From assembly GCA_045641025.1 (NCBI GenBank), contig JAZUGD010000018.1:1-30811 (forward strand): DNA of 30,811 bases, written 5' to 3'. Below, in pieces: positions 15,517 through 24,495 of the stretch. Position 1 is the stretch's first letter. The number at the start of each line of letters is the position of its first letter. The notes below the pieces were generated by a model. The model had not been told where the DNA came from, searched no databases, and was given only the letters and a program-made list of their open reading frames with translations. The stretch is from Eubacteriales bacterium (GTDB taxonomy: Bacteria; Bacillota; Clostridia; Oscillospirales; CAG-272). The position numbers and the translations under genes were made by a program.

Positions 15517-16719
15517 TTATACAATCATGCCGGCAGCCTCGTGCTTCAGCACGTCTGCGGCGGCGATGATTCCTTCAAGCGACTCTCCCGCAAGGAAGAG
15601 AGAGTAGAAACGGCTTACGTAGTCAAAGAGCACACCGTCCGAAACGCCCGAAAGGGAAGTATAGTGCTCCATTGCGCGGGGCAGAGCGGTCTCGCCCTCA
15701 CCGTCAAGCGACGCCGTGTAGGTGAAGAGCGCGGCGGCGGCACCGAGCGCGATATAAACGGGAGACGCACCCGCTTCGATAACGGAGAGAGCGGCTCCGG
15801 TAAGACGGTCGGAGGGGGCAAGCTTACGCGGGATATCCGCGCCGACTCTCGCGCAGGTATCGCCGAGCGCACGGTTTCCGAAGCGGCGGATAAGGTCTGC
15901 GGCGTGATTCATAATCGGGGCGGGGTCAAGGTTATATCTCTTAGCAAGAGCAAGCACCGATTCCGTCATTGCCTCGGTCACGATAACTCTGACCGCGGTA
16001 TCGGCGATGGACGTACATATTTTTTCGTATCCCATATAGTCGCCGAGGTATGCGCATACCGCGTGACCCATGTTGTGAAGATACAGTTTTCTTTCAATAT
16101 AATATTTGAACGGGCTGAACGGCACAATCTGCTTAACGGCAGGAGGCTCGCCCCTGAACGCGTCGCGGTCAACGGGAAGCACGCCGTATTCCTCAACCGC
16201 GATAAAGAGCGGGTCGGCGGCAAGCTTGTCCTTGTCGGGGGCGGGAACCATTCTGCCGACGGAGGTCTCAACGAGACCGACAGATGCAAGCTCGTCGGGG
16301 GTAAGCTCACCCTCGAGCATCGAGCGCACGTACTCGTCGGCGTTCATGAGGTTTTCGCATATAAGAAGGTCAAGGGGACGTCCGCTTTCCGCAAGACGGA
16401 GACGGAGTCCGCGAATGAAATTCGGCAGAATGAACTTTATCGCCTTCGCGCCCACGCAGGTCGCGGTGATGTCCGCATCCGCAATAGCGCGTGCGGCGGC
16501 GTCCGCGTCGTTGCCGTCAACGGCGTATACGTTATTTATCGTTACCTCTCTCTCGCCGTCGTTCGATACGATGCGCAGAGTATATTCGTGAGTTTTGTTT
16601 ACGGCTTCTATAAGCACCTGCGACACGTCGATAAACGTGACCTCATAGCCCGCTCCCGAGAAAAGAGGAGCGATGAATCCGCGGCCGATGTTGCCCGCGC
16701 CGAAAATTACTGCTTTCAT
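15517..16719 (-). CDS. mtlD: Mannitol-1-phosphate 5-dehydrogenase family protein
   Basis: MKAVIFGAGNIGRGFI Rossmann motif, ICENL, VGRMVP, ERKLYLHNMGH. Exact substrate is uncertain. Confidence 0.82.
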   Translation of the reverse strand: MKAVIFGAGNIGRGFIAPLFSGAGYEVTFIDVSQVLIEAVNKTHEYTLRIVSNDGEREVTINNVYAVDGNDADAAARAIADADITATCVGAKAIKFILPNFIRGLRLRLAESGRPLDLLICENLMNADEYVRSMLEGELTPDELASVGLVETSVGRMVPAPDKDKLAADPLFIAVEEYGVLPVDRDAFRGEPPAVKQIVPFSPFKYYIERKLYLHNMGHAVCAYLGDYMGYEKICTSIADTAVRVIVTEAMTESVLALAKRYNLDPAPIMNHAADLIRRFGNRALGDTCARVGADIPRKLAPSDRLTGAALSVIEAGASPVYIALGAAAALFTYTASLDGEGETALPRAMEHYTSLSGVSDGVLFDYVSRFYSLFLAGESLEGIIAAADVLKHEAAGMIV

Positions 16720-16747
16720 GGATAAGAACACTTCCTTTCAATTTATC

Positions 16748-16776
16748 ATTTTATCACAAGCGCCGCCCGCGGTCAA
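16748..16776 (-). promoter_or_regulatory. Sigma-A promoter for mtlD-PHP-mutS-like-udg
   Basis: TTGACC (16776-16771), 17 nt, TGa-TAAAAT (16753-16748). Confidence 0.75.
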
Positions 16777-16797
16777 CATATAATATGAAAGAAGTAC

Positions 16798-16826
16798 TTG
16801 AAAGTGACACCGTTTGCGTGTATAAT
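16798..16826 (+). promoter_or_regulatory. Sigma-A promoter for the GNAT gene
   Basis: TTGAAA (16798-16803), 17 nt, TATAAT (16821-16826). Confidence 0.8.
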
Positions 16827-16858
16827 ACGAAATGAACGAAAAAGAGAGGAGGGCGCGT

Positions 16859-17449
16859 ATGCTGACCCGTGACGAAATAACCCATACCTTCAGGGATACA
16901 CCGGTGCTTGAAACCGACAGACTGATTCTCCGCCGTATGGATAAACGCGATGCGGACGATATGTTCGACTACGCTCACCGCGAGGAAACCACGCGCTATC
17001 TCACGTGGGAGCCTCATCCCACCCGCAAGTTTTCGTATCAGTATCTCGTTTATCTGCAGACGAAATACCGCTCGGGCGAATTCTTCGACTGGGCAGTCGA
17101 GCTTCGTGAGACCGGAAAGATGATAGGTACGTGCGGCTTTACCCGTTTTGATTTTGCAAACGACTCCGCCGAGGTCGGCTATGTCATAAACCCCGACTAC
17201 AAGGGTAACGGATACGCAACCGAGGCGCTTCGCCGCGTTATCCGCTTCGGGTTCGACTATCTCGAGCTGCATCGCATTGAGGCGCACTATATGGAGGAAA
17301 ACGCCGCAAGCCGCCGCGTCATGGAGAAATGCGGCATGACCTTTGAGGGTGCCCACCGCGACAGTCTCGCCGTCAAGAGGCGTTACGAGACCGTCGGTAT
17401 CTGCGCAATACTCCGCTCCGACTACAATACGGACCGCATAAGCGGCTGA
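16859..17449 (+). CDS. GNAT family N-acetyltransferase (RimJ/RimL-like)
   Basis: LETDRLILR, MIGTCG, AEVGYVI...YKGNGYATEA, NAASRRVMEKCGM. ATG 16859 has a GGAGG SD; ATG 16832 is an alternative start. Confidence 0.92.
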   Translation: MLTRDEITHTFRDTPVLETDRLILRRMDKRDADDMFDYAHREETTRYLTWEPHPTRKFSYQYLVYLQTKYRSGEFFDWAVELRETGKMIGTCGFTRFDFANDSAEVGYVINPDYKGNGYATEALRRVIRFGFDYLELHRIEAHYMEENAASRRVMEKCGMTFEGAHRDSLAVKRRYETVGICAILRSDYNTDRISG

Positions 17450-17635
17450 AAAGTGAATGATTTTCCGCGAAGGGATTCTTTTTTGCCTTCGCGCAAATAT
17501 TTTTATATGCGGGCTTTCGTATATATATACCTGCAGATTAACCGATACCGCCCGATATCGGCATAATTATACCGTATTTGCCGAAAATGCGAAAAAACGG
17601 ATGAATCCGTCACTCCCTGCGGGTGTCATTTGCCA

Positions 17636-17664
17636 TTGACAAAACGGATGCATGGTGATATAAT
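17636..17664 (+). promoter_or_regulatory. Consensus sigma-A promoter of the opp operon
   Basis: TTGACA (17636-17641), 17 nt, TGa-TATAAT (17659-17664). Confidence 0.88.
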
Positions 17665-17757
17665 ATCGAATAACTATAATGTGTGGATTATCGGTATTTA
17701 TGCCGTTTTCAGGCATTTTCGATACCCAAAGCAATTTAAAGTGAGGCATTTTCATTT

Positions 17758-18675
17758 ATGGCAAAGTATATCTTAAAGCGTGTTCTGCTTGCCATTCTTA
17801 CGATTTGGCTTGTAGCTACGCTCACGTTCTTCCTGATGAATGCCGTTCCCGGCGGACCTTACGAGGCTGAAAAAGCCATAAGTCCGCAGGCAAAGGCAGC
17901 TCTCGAAGCAAAATTCGGTCTTGATAAACCGCTGCTTGAGCAGTACGTTACATATATGAAGAACATTCTTCACGGGGATTTCGGTCCTTCTCTTAAGCAG
18001 AGAGGTCGTGAGGTTATCGACATTATCCTCGATAAGTTCCCCGTTTCCGCGAAAGTGGGCGGCGTTTCCGTTCTTGTTGCTCTGGTCGTCGGTATTCCCG
18101 CCGGCTGCTTTACGGCGTTTAAACGGGGAAAATTCTCGGATAAACTGATAATGGTGCTTGCCACAATCGGAATAGCCGTGCCGAGCTTTGTCGTTTGTAC
18201 GGTTACCATGTATTTCTTCACCAACAAATTGCATTGGCTGCCGTCTATCGGCAACATGACGTGGCAGAGATACGTTCTCCCGGTATTCGCGCTCGCATTC
18301 TATCCCACCGCGTACATCGCACGACTGATGCGTTCCTCGATGCTTGACGTTCTCGGTCAGGACTATATGCGTACCGCAAAGGCAAAGGGACTTTCTCAGA
18401 CGGTCAGCCTCTTCAAGCACGCACTCCGTAACGCAATCCTTCCCATCGTTACGTACGTAGGTCCTATGCTTGCATATACCTTAACGGGTTCTTTCGTAGT
18501 TGAGAAAATATTCACCATTCCGGGACTCGGACGTGAGTTCGTCAGCTCAATCACCAACCGTGACTACATGATGATTATGGGGACCACCATATTCCTCGCT
18601 ACCCTTATGGTCGTAATGAACGTTATCGTCGATATCGTTTATAAGCTTATCGACCCGAGAATTCAGTTGAAGTAA
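17758..18675 (+). CDS. oppB: Oligopeptide ABC transporter permease
   Basis: MAKYILKRVL, PGGPY, GDFGPS, EAA loop ARLMRSSMLDVLGQDYMRTAKAKGL, YKLIDPRI. Confidence 0.95.
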   Translation: MAKYILKRVLLAILTIWLVATLTFFLMNAVPGGPYEAEKAISPQAKAALEAKFGLDKPLLEQYVTYMKNILHGDFGPSLKQRGREVIDIILDKFPVSAKVGGVSVLVALVVGIPAGCFTAFKRGKFSDKLIMVLATIGIAVPSFVVCTVTMYFFTNKLHWLPSIGNMTWQRYVLPVFALAFYPTAYIARLMRSSMLDVLGQDYMRTAKAKGLSQTVSLFKHALRNAILPIVTYVGPMLAYTLTGSFVVEKIFTIPGLGREFVSSITNRDYMMIMGTTIFLATLMVVMNVIVDIVYKLIDPRIQLK

Positions 18676-18686
18676 GGAGGAAGGAC

Positions 18687-19730
18687 ATGAATCTCAGAAA
18701 CCCCTTAAGCTTTCAGCTGAAAACCGAGGATTTCATCCCGGCAACAAATGAAGAAAAGCAGAGTCTCGTTATAATGCGCGAATCCGTCTCTTTCTGGAAG
18801 GACGGCTTCAGACGGCTCGTTAAAGACCCCATTGCAATGATAAGCTTTGCGGTTATCCTCGTTATAATGTTCTTCTCGTTCGTTGTACCGAGCTTTTATC
18901 CTTATACCTACGATACGCAGTACAAGGGCTGCGAGCATCTCGCTCCCATGGAATATTCCGCAGTCGAGCAGGAGAGAATCGATGCGGGTGAGGACGTCTT
19001 CCCCCACGTTCTCGGCACCGACAACCTCGGCCGTGACTATGCCGCCCGTATGATGATGGGCAGCCGCATTTCCCTTATGGTCGGTCTTATCGCTGCAGCC
19101 ATCATTCTCGTTATCGGTTCGCTTTACGGCTCCATTGCCGCATTCTGCGGCGGATGGGTCGATATAATCATGATGAGAATCGTCGATATCATCTACACCA
19201 TTCCCGACGTGCTTCTCATCGTGCTGATTTCCTTCGCAATCACCGAACCGCTTGAAAGCCTTTCAAAAGTACCGGGCTTTACGTGGATTAACACCGTCGG
19301 TACTAACCTTATCAGTATCTTCATCGTGTTCGCACTTCTTTACTGGGTCGGCATGGCAAGAATCGTCCGTTCTCAGGTGCTCGTACTTAAAGAGAGCGAA
19401 TACGTTACCGCGGCACGCGCTCTCGGCGCGGGAAGCGGCAGAATCATAAGAAAGCATCTGCTTACGAACTGTATCGGTACTCTTATCGTTACCACGACTC
19501 TGCAGATTCCTTCGTCCATCTTTACCGAGAGCTTCCTTTCCTTCCTCGGCCTCGGCGTTGCGGTTCCGCTCCCCAGCCTCGGAAGCCTTGCAAGTGCGGC
19601 AATCAACGGTATGGCTACGTATCCCTACCTTCTGTTCGCACCCGCGATTCTCATAAGCCTTATTATTCTCAGCTTCAACCTGTTCGGCGACGGTCTGCGT
19701 GACGCATTCGACCCGAAGATGAAGAACTAA
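18687..19730 (+). CDS. oppC: Oligopeptide ABC transporter permease
   Basis: LGTDNLGRD, EAA loop ARIVRSQVLVLKESEYVTAARALGA, FNLFGDGLRDAFDP. Confidence 0.95.
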   Translation: MNLRNPLSFQLKTEDFIPATNEEKQSLVIMRESVSFWKDGFRRLVKDPIAMISFAVILVIMFFSFVVPSFYPYTYDTQYKGCEHLAPMEYSAVEQERIDAGEDVFPHVLGTDNLGRDYAARMMMGSRISLMVGLIAAAIILVIGSLYGSIAAFCGGWVDIIMMRIVDIIYTIPDVLLIVLISFAITEPLESLSKVPGFTWINTVGTNLISIFIVFALLYWVGMARIVRSQVLVLKESEYVTAARALGAGSGRIIRKHLLTNCIGTLIVTTTLQIPSSIFTESFLSFLGLGVAVPLPSLGSLASAAINGMATYPYLLFAPAILISLIILSFNLFGDGLRDAFDPKMKN

Positions 19731-19745
19731 AAGGAGGGGAGAATA

Positions 19746-20741
19746 ATGAGCGATTACTTAATGGAAATACAGAACGAGCGTCTCTCGTTCTTTACCCCCG
19801 CAGGAGAAGTCAAAGCGCTTAACGACGTATCTCTCCACCTTAACAAGGGCGAGGTGCTCGGCATCGTCGGCGAGTCCGGCTCGGGCAAATCGGTTACCGC
19901 GTACAGCCTTATGGGTCTGACGGCACACCCCGGAAAACTTATCGGCGGTACTCTTGATTTCAACGGTCACCGCATCAACGATATGTCGGAAAAGGAATTC
20001 CGCAAGATGAGAGGAAACGAGGTTTCCATCATCTTCCAGGACCCCATGACGAGCCTAAACCCCGTATATACGATAGGCAACCAGATCTGCGAGGTTATCA
20101 AGCTTCATACCGATAAAACCGCAAAGGAAGCAAAGGAAAGAGCAAAAGAACTGCTCACTCTCGTAGGCATCAACGAGCCCGAAAAAAGACTGAAGCAGTA
20201 TCCTCACGAGCTTTCCGGCGGTATGAGACAGAGAGTCATGATTGCAATAGCTCTTGCCTGCGAGCCCAAGCTTCTTATAGCCGACGAGCCCACGACGGCT
20301 CTCGACGTTACCATTCAGGCACAGATTATCGAGCTTATTATGGAGCTTAAGGATAAGCTCGGTATGGCAGTTATAATGATAACTCACGACCTCGGTGTCG
20401 TTTCCAGTATCTGCGACAGAATCGCCGTAATGTATGCGGGCAGAGTCGTAGAATACGGCACAACCGACGATATATTCTATAATCCGAAGCACGAATACAC
20501 GAAGGGACTTCTCAGAAGTATCCCGCGTCTTGACGAAAAAGAGCACAAGAAGCTCGTTCCCATCGAGGGTACGCCCGTGGATATGCTTAATCTCCCGAAG
20601 GGCTGCGCTTTCGCTTCAAGATGCGAAAACTGCATGAAGATTTGTCTCCGTGAAATGCCTCCTTATACGGATATTGACGACGTGCATTACAGCGCATGCT
20701 GGATGCTCCAGAAAGAACAGACGGAAAAGGGGGAGATTTAA
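19746..20741 (+). CDS. oppD: Oligopeptide ABC transporter ATP-binding protein
   Basis: GESGSGKS, ELSGGMRQR, IADEPTTALD, C-terminal FASRC...C...C...C oligopeptide-transporter extension. Confidence 0.96.
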   Translation: MSDYLMEIQNERLSFFTPAGEVKALNDVSLHLNKGEVLGIVGESGSGKSVTAYSLMGLTAHPGKLIGGTLDFNGHRINDMSEKEFRKMRGNEVSIIFQDPMTSLNPVYTIGNQICEVIKLHTDKTAKEAKERAKELLTLVGINEPEKRLKQYPHELSGGMRQRVMIAIALACEPKLLIADEPTTALDVTIQAQIIELIMELKDKLGMAVIMITHDLGVVSSICDRIAVMYAGRVVEYGTTDDIFYNPKHEYTKGLLRSIPRLDEKEHKKLVPIEGTPVDMLNLPKGCAFASRCENCMKICLREMPPYTDIDDVHYSACWMLQKEQTEKGEI

Positions 20742-21800
20742 ATGGACAACAAAAAAATGGTTGAAGTCCGGAACCTGAAGCAGTATTTCCCCGTTTCCGG
20801 CGGCGGACTTAAGAGAAAATACGTAAAAGCGGTCGACGACGTTTCCTTCTTCCTCTACAAGGGCGAAACTCTCGGTCTCGTCGGCGAGTCCGGATGCGGT
20901 AAAACCACCACGGGAAGAACGCTTCTCCGCCTTTACGAGCCTACCTCGGGCAGAATCATATACGACGGCAAGGTTCTTTTCGATTCCGGCGACGTTCCCG
21001 TATATAACGAGGACGGTTCGGTTAAAACCGGAGCGGACGGCAAGCCCGTTTTCGGCAAAAAAACCGCCGTTAATATGTTACCTTACCGCCGTAAGATGCA
21101 GATAGTCTTCCAGGACCCCTATGCATCTCTCGACCCCCGTATGACCGTCGGTGATATCGTCGGTGAAGCCATCGACATTCATCACCTTGCCAAAAACAAA
21201 AAAGAGAGATACGACAAGATTATCTCCATGCTTGAAAAGGTCGGACTCAACTCCGAGCACGCAAACCGCTACCCGCACGAGTTCTCGGGCGGTCAGCGTC
21301 AGAGAGTCGGTATCGCCCGCGCTCTCGCGGTAGACCCCGAGTTTATCGTCTGCGACGAGCCTATCTCGGCACTTGACGTGTCGATTCAGGCACAGGTTAT
21401 CAATATGTTTGAGGACCTGCAGGACGAGCTCGGTCTCACCTACCTCTTCATCGCGCACGACCTCAGCGTAGTCAAGCACATCTCCGACAGAATCGGCGTT
21501 ATGTATCTCGGTAAGCTCGTCGAGCTTGCGGATTCCTACGAGCTCACGTTCCACAGCGTACATCCCTATACGAGAAGCCTTATTTCCGCGATTCCGATAG
21601 CTGACCCGCAGGTATCGAGAAATTCGAAGAGAATCGTTCTCGAGGGCGACGTGCCCAGCCCCGTGAATCCCCCGTCGGGCTGCCGCTTCCGCACACGCTG
21701 TCCCTATGCCGACAAGCTGTGCGCCGAATGCGAGCCGGAATGGAAGGAAGTATCCCCCGGGCACTATGCGGCGTGCCATCACATCGACAGAGTAAAATAA
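20742..21800 (+). CDS. oppF: Oligopeptide ABC transporter ATP-binding protein
   Basis: GESGCGKT, EFSGGQRQR, CDEPISALD, PSPVNPPSGCRFRTRC. Confidence 0.96.
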   Translation: MDNKKMVEVRNLKQYFPVSGGGLKRKYVKAVDDVSFFLYKGETLGLVGESGCGKTTTGRTLLRLYEPTSGRIIYDGKVLFDSGDVPVYNEDGSVKTGADGKPVFGKKTAVNMLPYRRKMQIVFQDPYASLDPRMTVGDIVGEAIDIHHLAKNKKERYDKIISMLEKVGLNSEHANRYPHEFSGGQRQRVGIARALAVDPEFIVCDEPISALDVSIQAQVINMFEDLQDELGLTYLFIAHDLSVVKHISDRIGVMYLGKLVELADSYELTFHSVHPYTRSLISAIPIADPQVSRNSKRIVLEGDVPSPVNPPSGCRFRTRCPYADKLCAECEPEWKEVSPGHYAACHHIDRVK

Positions 21801-21873
21801 TTTACTCTCCCAAATCAGGAAGAAGCGCCGAAAGGCGTTAATTCACAATATATTTTTATAAAGGAGAAATCCA

Positions 21874-23532
21874 ATGAAAAAGTTAGCTCTTATTCTGGCG
21901 CTTATCATGGTATTGAGCATGGTACTGGTATCCTGCGATAACGGTAATACCAATACTCCCGATACCACCGGAACCGGCAACACTGACACTCCTGTTGAAG
22001 GAAAGCAGCTCGCAGTTCAGGTAGGCCCCAACCCCGAGACTCTCGACCCCGCACTTAACAGTGCAGTGGACGGCGGCAACATGCTCCTCCACATCTCCGA
22101 GTGCCTCCTCATCGTTGACGAGAAGGGTGAACTGGCTCCCGGCCAGGCAGAATCCTGGAGCGTTTCCGATGACGGTCTCGTATGGACCTTCAACCTCCGT
22201 TCCGACCTTAAGTGGTCCGACGGTACTCCCCTTACCGCTGAAGACTTCGTTTACAGCTGGAAGAGAGTTGCAGACCCTGCAACCGCTGCTCCCTACGCTG
22301 AAACCGTTCTTCTCCCCGTAAAGGGCTTCGCAGAAGCACAGGAAGGCAACCTCGATGCACTTCAGGTTGTTGCTAAGGACGCAACCACCCTCGTGGTTAC
22401 CCTTGAGTCTCCCTGCTCTTACTTCGGCAGCCTTGCAGCATTTGCAACTCTGAGCCCTGTTCAGAAGGCTACCGTAGAAGCTAACGGCGACGCTTGGGCA
22501 GTATCTCCCGAGACCTATGTCTGCAACGGTCCCTTCATGATCACCGAGTGGGTACCCGGCAGCCATATCATCACCGCTAAGAACCCCAACTACCGTGACG
22601 CTGACGCCATCAAGCTCGGCAGCATCAAGTGGCTCCTCATCGAGGACTCCAATGCAGCTTACTCTGCATACCAGTCCGGTGAAGCTCTCATGATCAAGGA
22701 CGTTCCCACCGAGGAAATTCCTTCTCTTAACGGCAACGCTGAATTCCACATCGATCCTATCATCGGTACCTACTACCTCAGCCTTAACGACGGTATTGAG
22801 CCCTTCAACAATGCTGACGTAAGAAAGGCACTCAGCCTTGCAATCGACCGTGAGTACGTTGCAGGTACCCTTATGCAGGGCACTTATCTCCCCGCATACA
22901 ACTTCATGGGTCCCGGTTGGGCAGATCCCAAGGGCGGCGACTTCATGGAAAATGCTAACGGCGGCAAGACCTACATCAGCAACGACTTCGAAGCTAACCT
23001 CAAAGAGGCTAAAGAGCTTATGAAGAAGGCCGGCTACAATGCAGATCCCGAAAATCCCGACGTTAAGTTCACTTATTCCACCAACGACGCAGGTTACCAC
23101 AAGGTTGTTGCAGAGTATCTGCAGCAGGCTTGGAAGGAAATCGGTGTTGACCTCAACGTTGAGGTTGTAGAGTGGGCAAGCTTCACTCCTCTCCGTCGTG
23201 CAGGTGACTATGAGTCCGCACGTAACGGTTGGGTAGGCGACTACAGCGACCCCTCCAACATGCTTGACCTTCCTTATTCCACCAACGGTAATAACGACGG
23301 TAAGTACAACAACCCCGAGTTCGATAAGCAGATGGACATCGCTCGTTCCACCACTGACGTTGAGGCTCGTTCCGCAGCTCTCCACGCAGCAGAGGACGTT
23401 CTGATGGGTGACGCAGGTCTCGTTCCTGTAGCTTACTACACCGACTTCTATCTCCAGAGCGCGAAGCTTACCGGTTCCTGGCATTCGCCTTACGGTTACT
23501 GGTACTTCATGTATGCTGACATCGCCGACTAA
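21874..23532 (+). CDS. oppA: Oligopeptide ABC transporter substrate-binding lipoprotein
   Basis: Lipoprotein signal MKKLALILALIMVLSMVLVS-C; family 5 signature AESWSVSDDGLVWTFNLRSDLKWSDG; WVGDYSDP. Confidence 0.95.
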   Translation: MKKLALILALIMVLSMVLVSCDNGNTNTPDTTGTGNTDTPVEGKQLAVQVGPNPETLDPALNSAVDGGNMLLHISECLLIVDEKGELAPGQAESWSVSDDGLVWTFNLRSDLKWSDGTPLTAEDFVYSWKRVADPATAAPYAETVLLPVKGFAEAQEGNLDALQVVAKDATTLVVTLESPCSYFGSLAAFATLSPVQKATVEANGDAWAVSPETYVCNGPFMITEWVPGSHIITAKNPNYRDADAIKLGSIKWLLIEDSNAAYSAYQSGEALMIKDVPTEEIPSLNGNAEFHIDPIIGTYYLSLNDGIEPFNNADVRKALSLAIDREYVAGTLMQGTYLPAYNFMGPGWADPKGGDFMENANGGKTYISNDFEANLKEAKELMKKAGYNADPENPDVKFTYSTNDAGYHKVVAEYLQQAWKEIGVDLNVEVVEWASFTPLRRAGDYESARNGWVGDYSDPSNMLDLPYSTNGNNDGKYNNPEFDKQMDIARSTTDVEARSAALHAAEDVLMGDAGLVPVAYYTDFYLQSAKLTGSWHSPYGYWYFMYADIAD

Positions 23533-23563
23533 TCGGTGCGCCGCATATAACGGTTTCTGAATA

Positions 23564-23600
23564 ACAAAGGCTGGCTCCTTCGGGGGCGTGCGTTTTGTTT
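23564..23600 (+). terminator. Probable terminator after oppA
   Basis: GCTCC-TTCG-GGGGC core with a cUUCGg loop, an imperfect outer stem (ACAAA/TTTGT) and a T-rich tail. Confidence 0.5.
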
Positions 23601-23604
23601 GTCC

Positions 23605-24432
23605 TCAGAAAATTGCTTTTTCTATCTCTTCAAGACTTTCTGCTATAATATCGGGCTTGTCTTCATCGGGCAGGGCGTCGGCGTCCTCTCTCGTGCCCTC
23701 ACCGGTGAGCGTCAGCACAGCGGTGATGCCGCCACGTCTGCCTGCGGCGATGTCGGTATAAAGTCTGTCTCCTATCATGCAGATGGAATCTCTGTCCGTG
23801 CCCGTCGCGGCGCATATCATTTCCGCAACCTCGGGTGACGGTTTACCGAGGAATTTCGGAGAAATTCCGGTCGAAGCGGTGACCGCCGCGGCTATGGACC
23901 CGCTGTCGGGCTCATAGCCTCCCTCTATCGGGCAATTGTAGTCCGGGTGGGTACAGATGTACTCCGCGCCGTTTCTCAAAAATCCGCACGCGAGGTTGAG
24001 CTTGTCGAAGGTCAGCTCACGGTCGTAGCTCGTAACGACGATACCGGGCACGGTGTCCGTTGTGAGTCTGCCGTCCGCGCCGTTCACAAGCGGGATACCC
24101 GCCGTGTGAAAATCCCCCCATAGTGCCGTCGTGCCCATAAGGTAAACGGGAACGCCCGCACGCTTTCTCGTGAGGAATTCGAGCGTTACGTCGCCCGCCG
24201 TCATAATCTCGCTCTCGTTTTGCGCAAGACCGAGACTTGTCAGTCTTTCCGTATACATCGCGTGACTGCGCGAGGCGTTGTTCGTGAAAAACAGTACCCG
24301 TCTGCCGTGCTCGCGGAGAGACGCGATAAAATGCGCCGCCTCGGGGAAAACCTTTCCGCCGAGATACACGGTGCCGTCAAGGTCGAAAACGAAGAGCTTT
24401 TTGTCTTTCAGTACGGATGGTTTTTGATACAT
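23605..24432 (-). CDS. HAD-IIA family hydrolase (NagD-like)
   Basis: FDLDGT, FFTNN, LGKPS, IGDRLYTDI motifs I-IV. Confidence 0.94.
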   Translation of the reverse strand: MYQKPSVLKDKKLFVFDLDGTVYLGGKVFPEAAHFIASLREHGRRVLFFTNNASRSHAMYTERLTSLGLAQNESEIMTAGDVTLEFLTRKRAGVPVYLMGTTALWGDFHTAGIPLVNGADGRLTTDTVPGIVVTSYDRELTFDKLNLACGFLRNGAEYICTHPDYNCPIEGGYEPDSGSIAAAVTASTGISPKFLGKPSPEVAEMICAATGTDRDSICMIGDRLYTDIAAGRRGGITAVLTLTGEGTREDADALPDEDKPDIIAESLEEIEKAIF

Positions 24433-24433
24433 C

Positions 24434-24462
24434 TTGATTATTCTCCGTGTTTGTGTTATAAT
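24434..24462 (+). promoter_or_regulatory. Sigma-A promoter for the pantothenate kinase gene
   Basis: TTGATT (24434-24439), 17 nt, TGt-TATAAT (24457-24462). Confidence 0.7.
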
Positions 24463-24495
24463 ACATCGACAGTAATGGAAAGGGCGTGTATAACC

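Noticed and set aside
14998-16725. Long antisense ORFs (575 aa here; also 21883-23484, 26613-28391, 25525-26616, 28725-29834, 10708-11772)
   Set aside because: They are codon-bias shadows of well-supported genes on the opposite strand, with no recognisable motifs or RBS.
16771-16798. dif-like site
   Set aside because: The XerD-like half is 8/11 but the XerC half is poor; the sequence is explained by the two promoters, and dnaX-recR is usually origin-proximal.
17466-17530. Hairpin CGCGAAGG/CCTTCGCG and a GTATATATATAC palindrome after the GNAT gene
   Set aside because: The hairpin has a 12-nt loop and no adjacent U-tract, so it is at best a weak terminator; the palindrome is a trivial (AT)n run.
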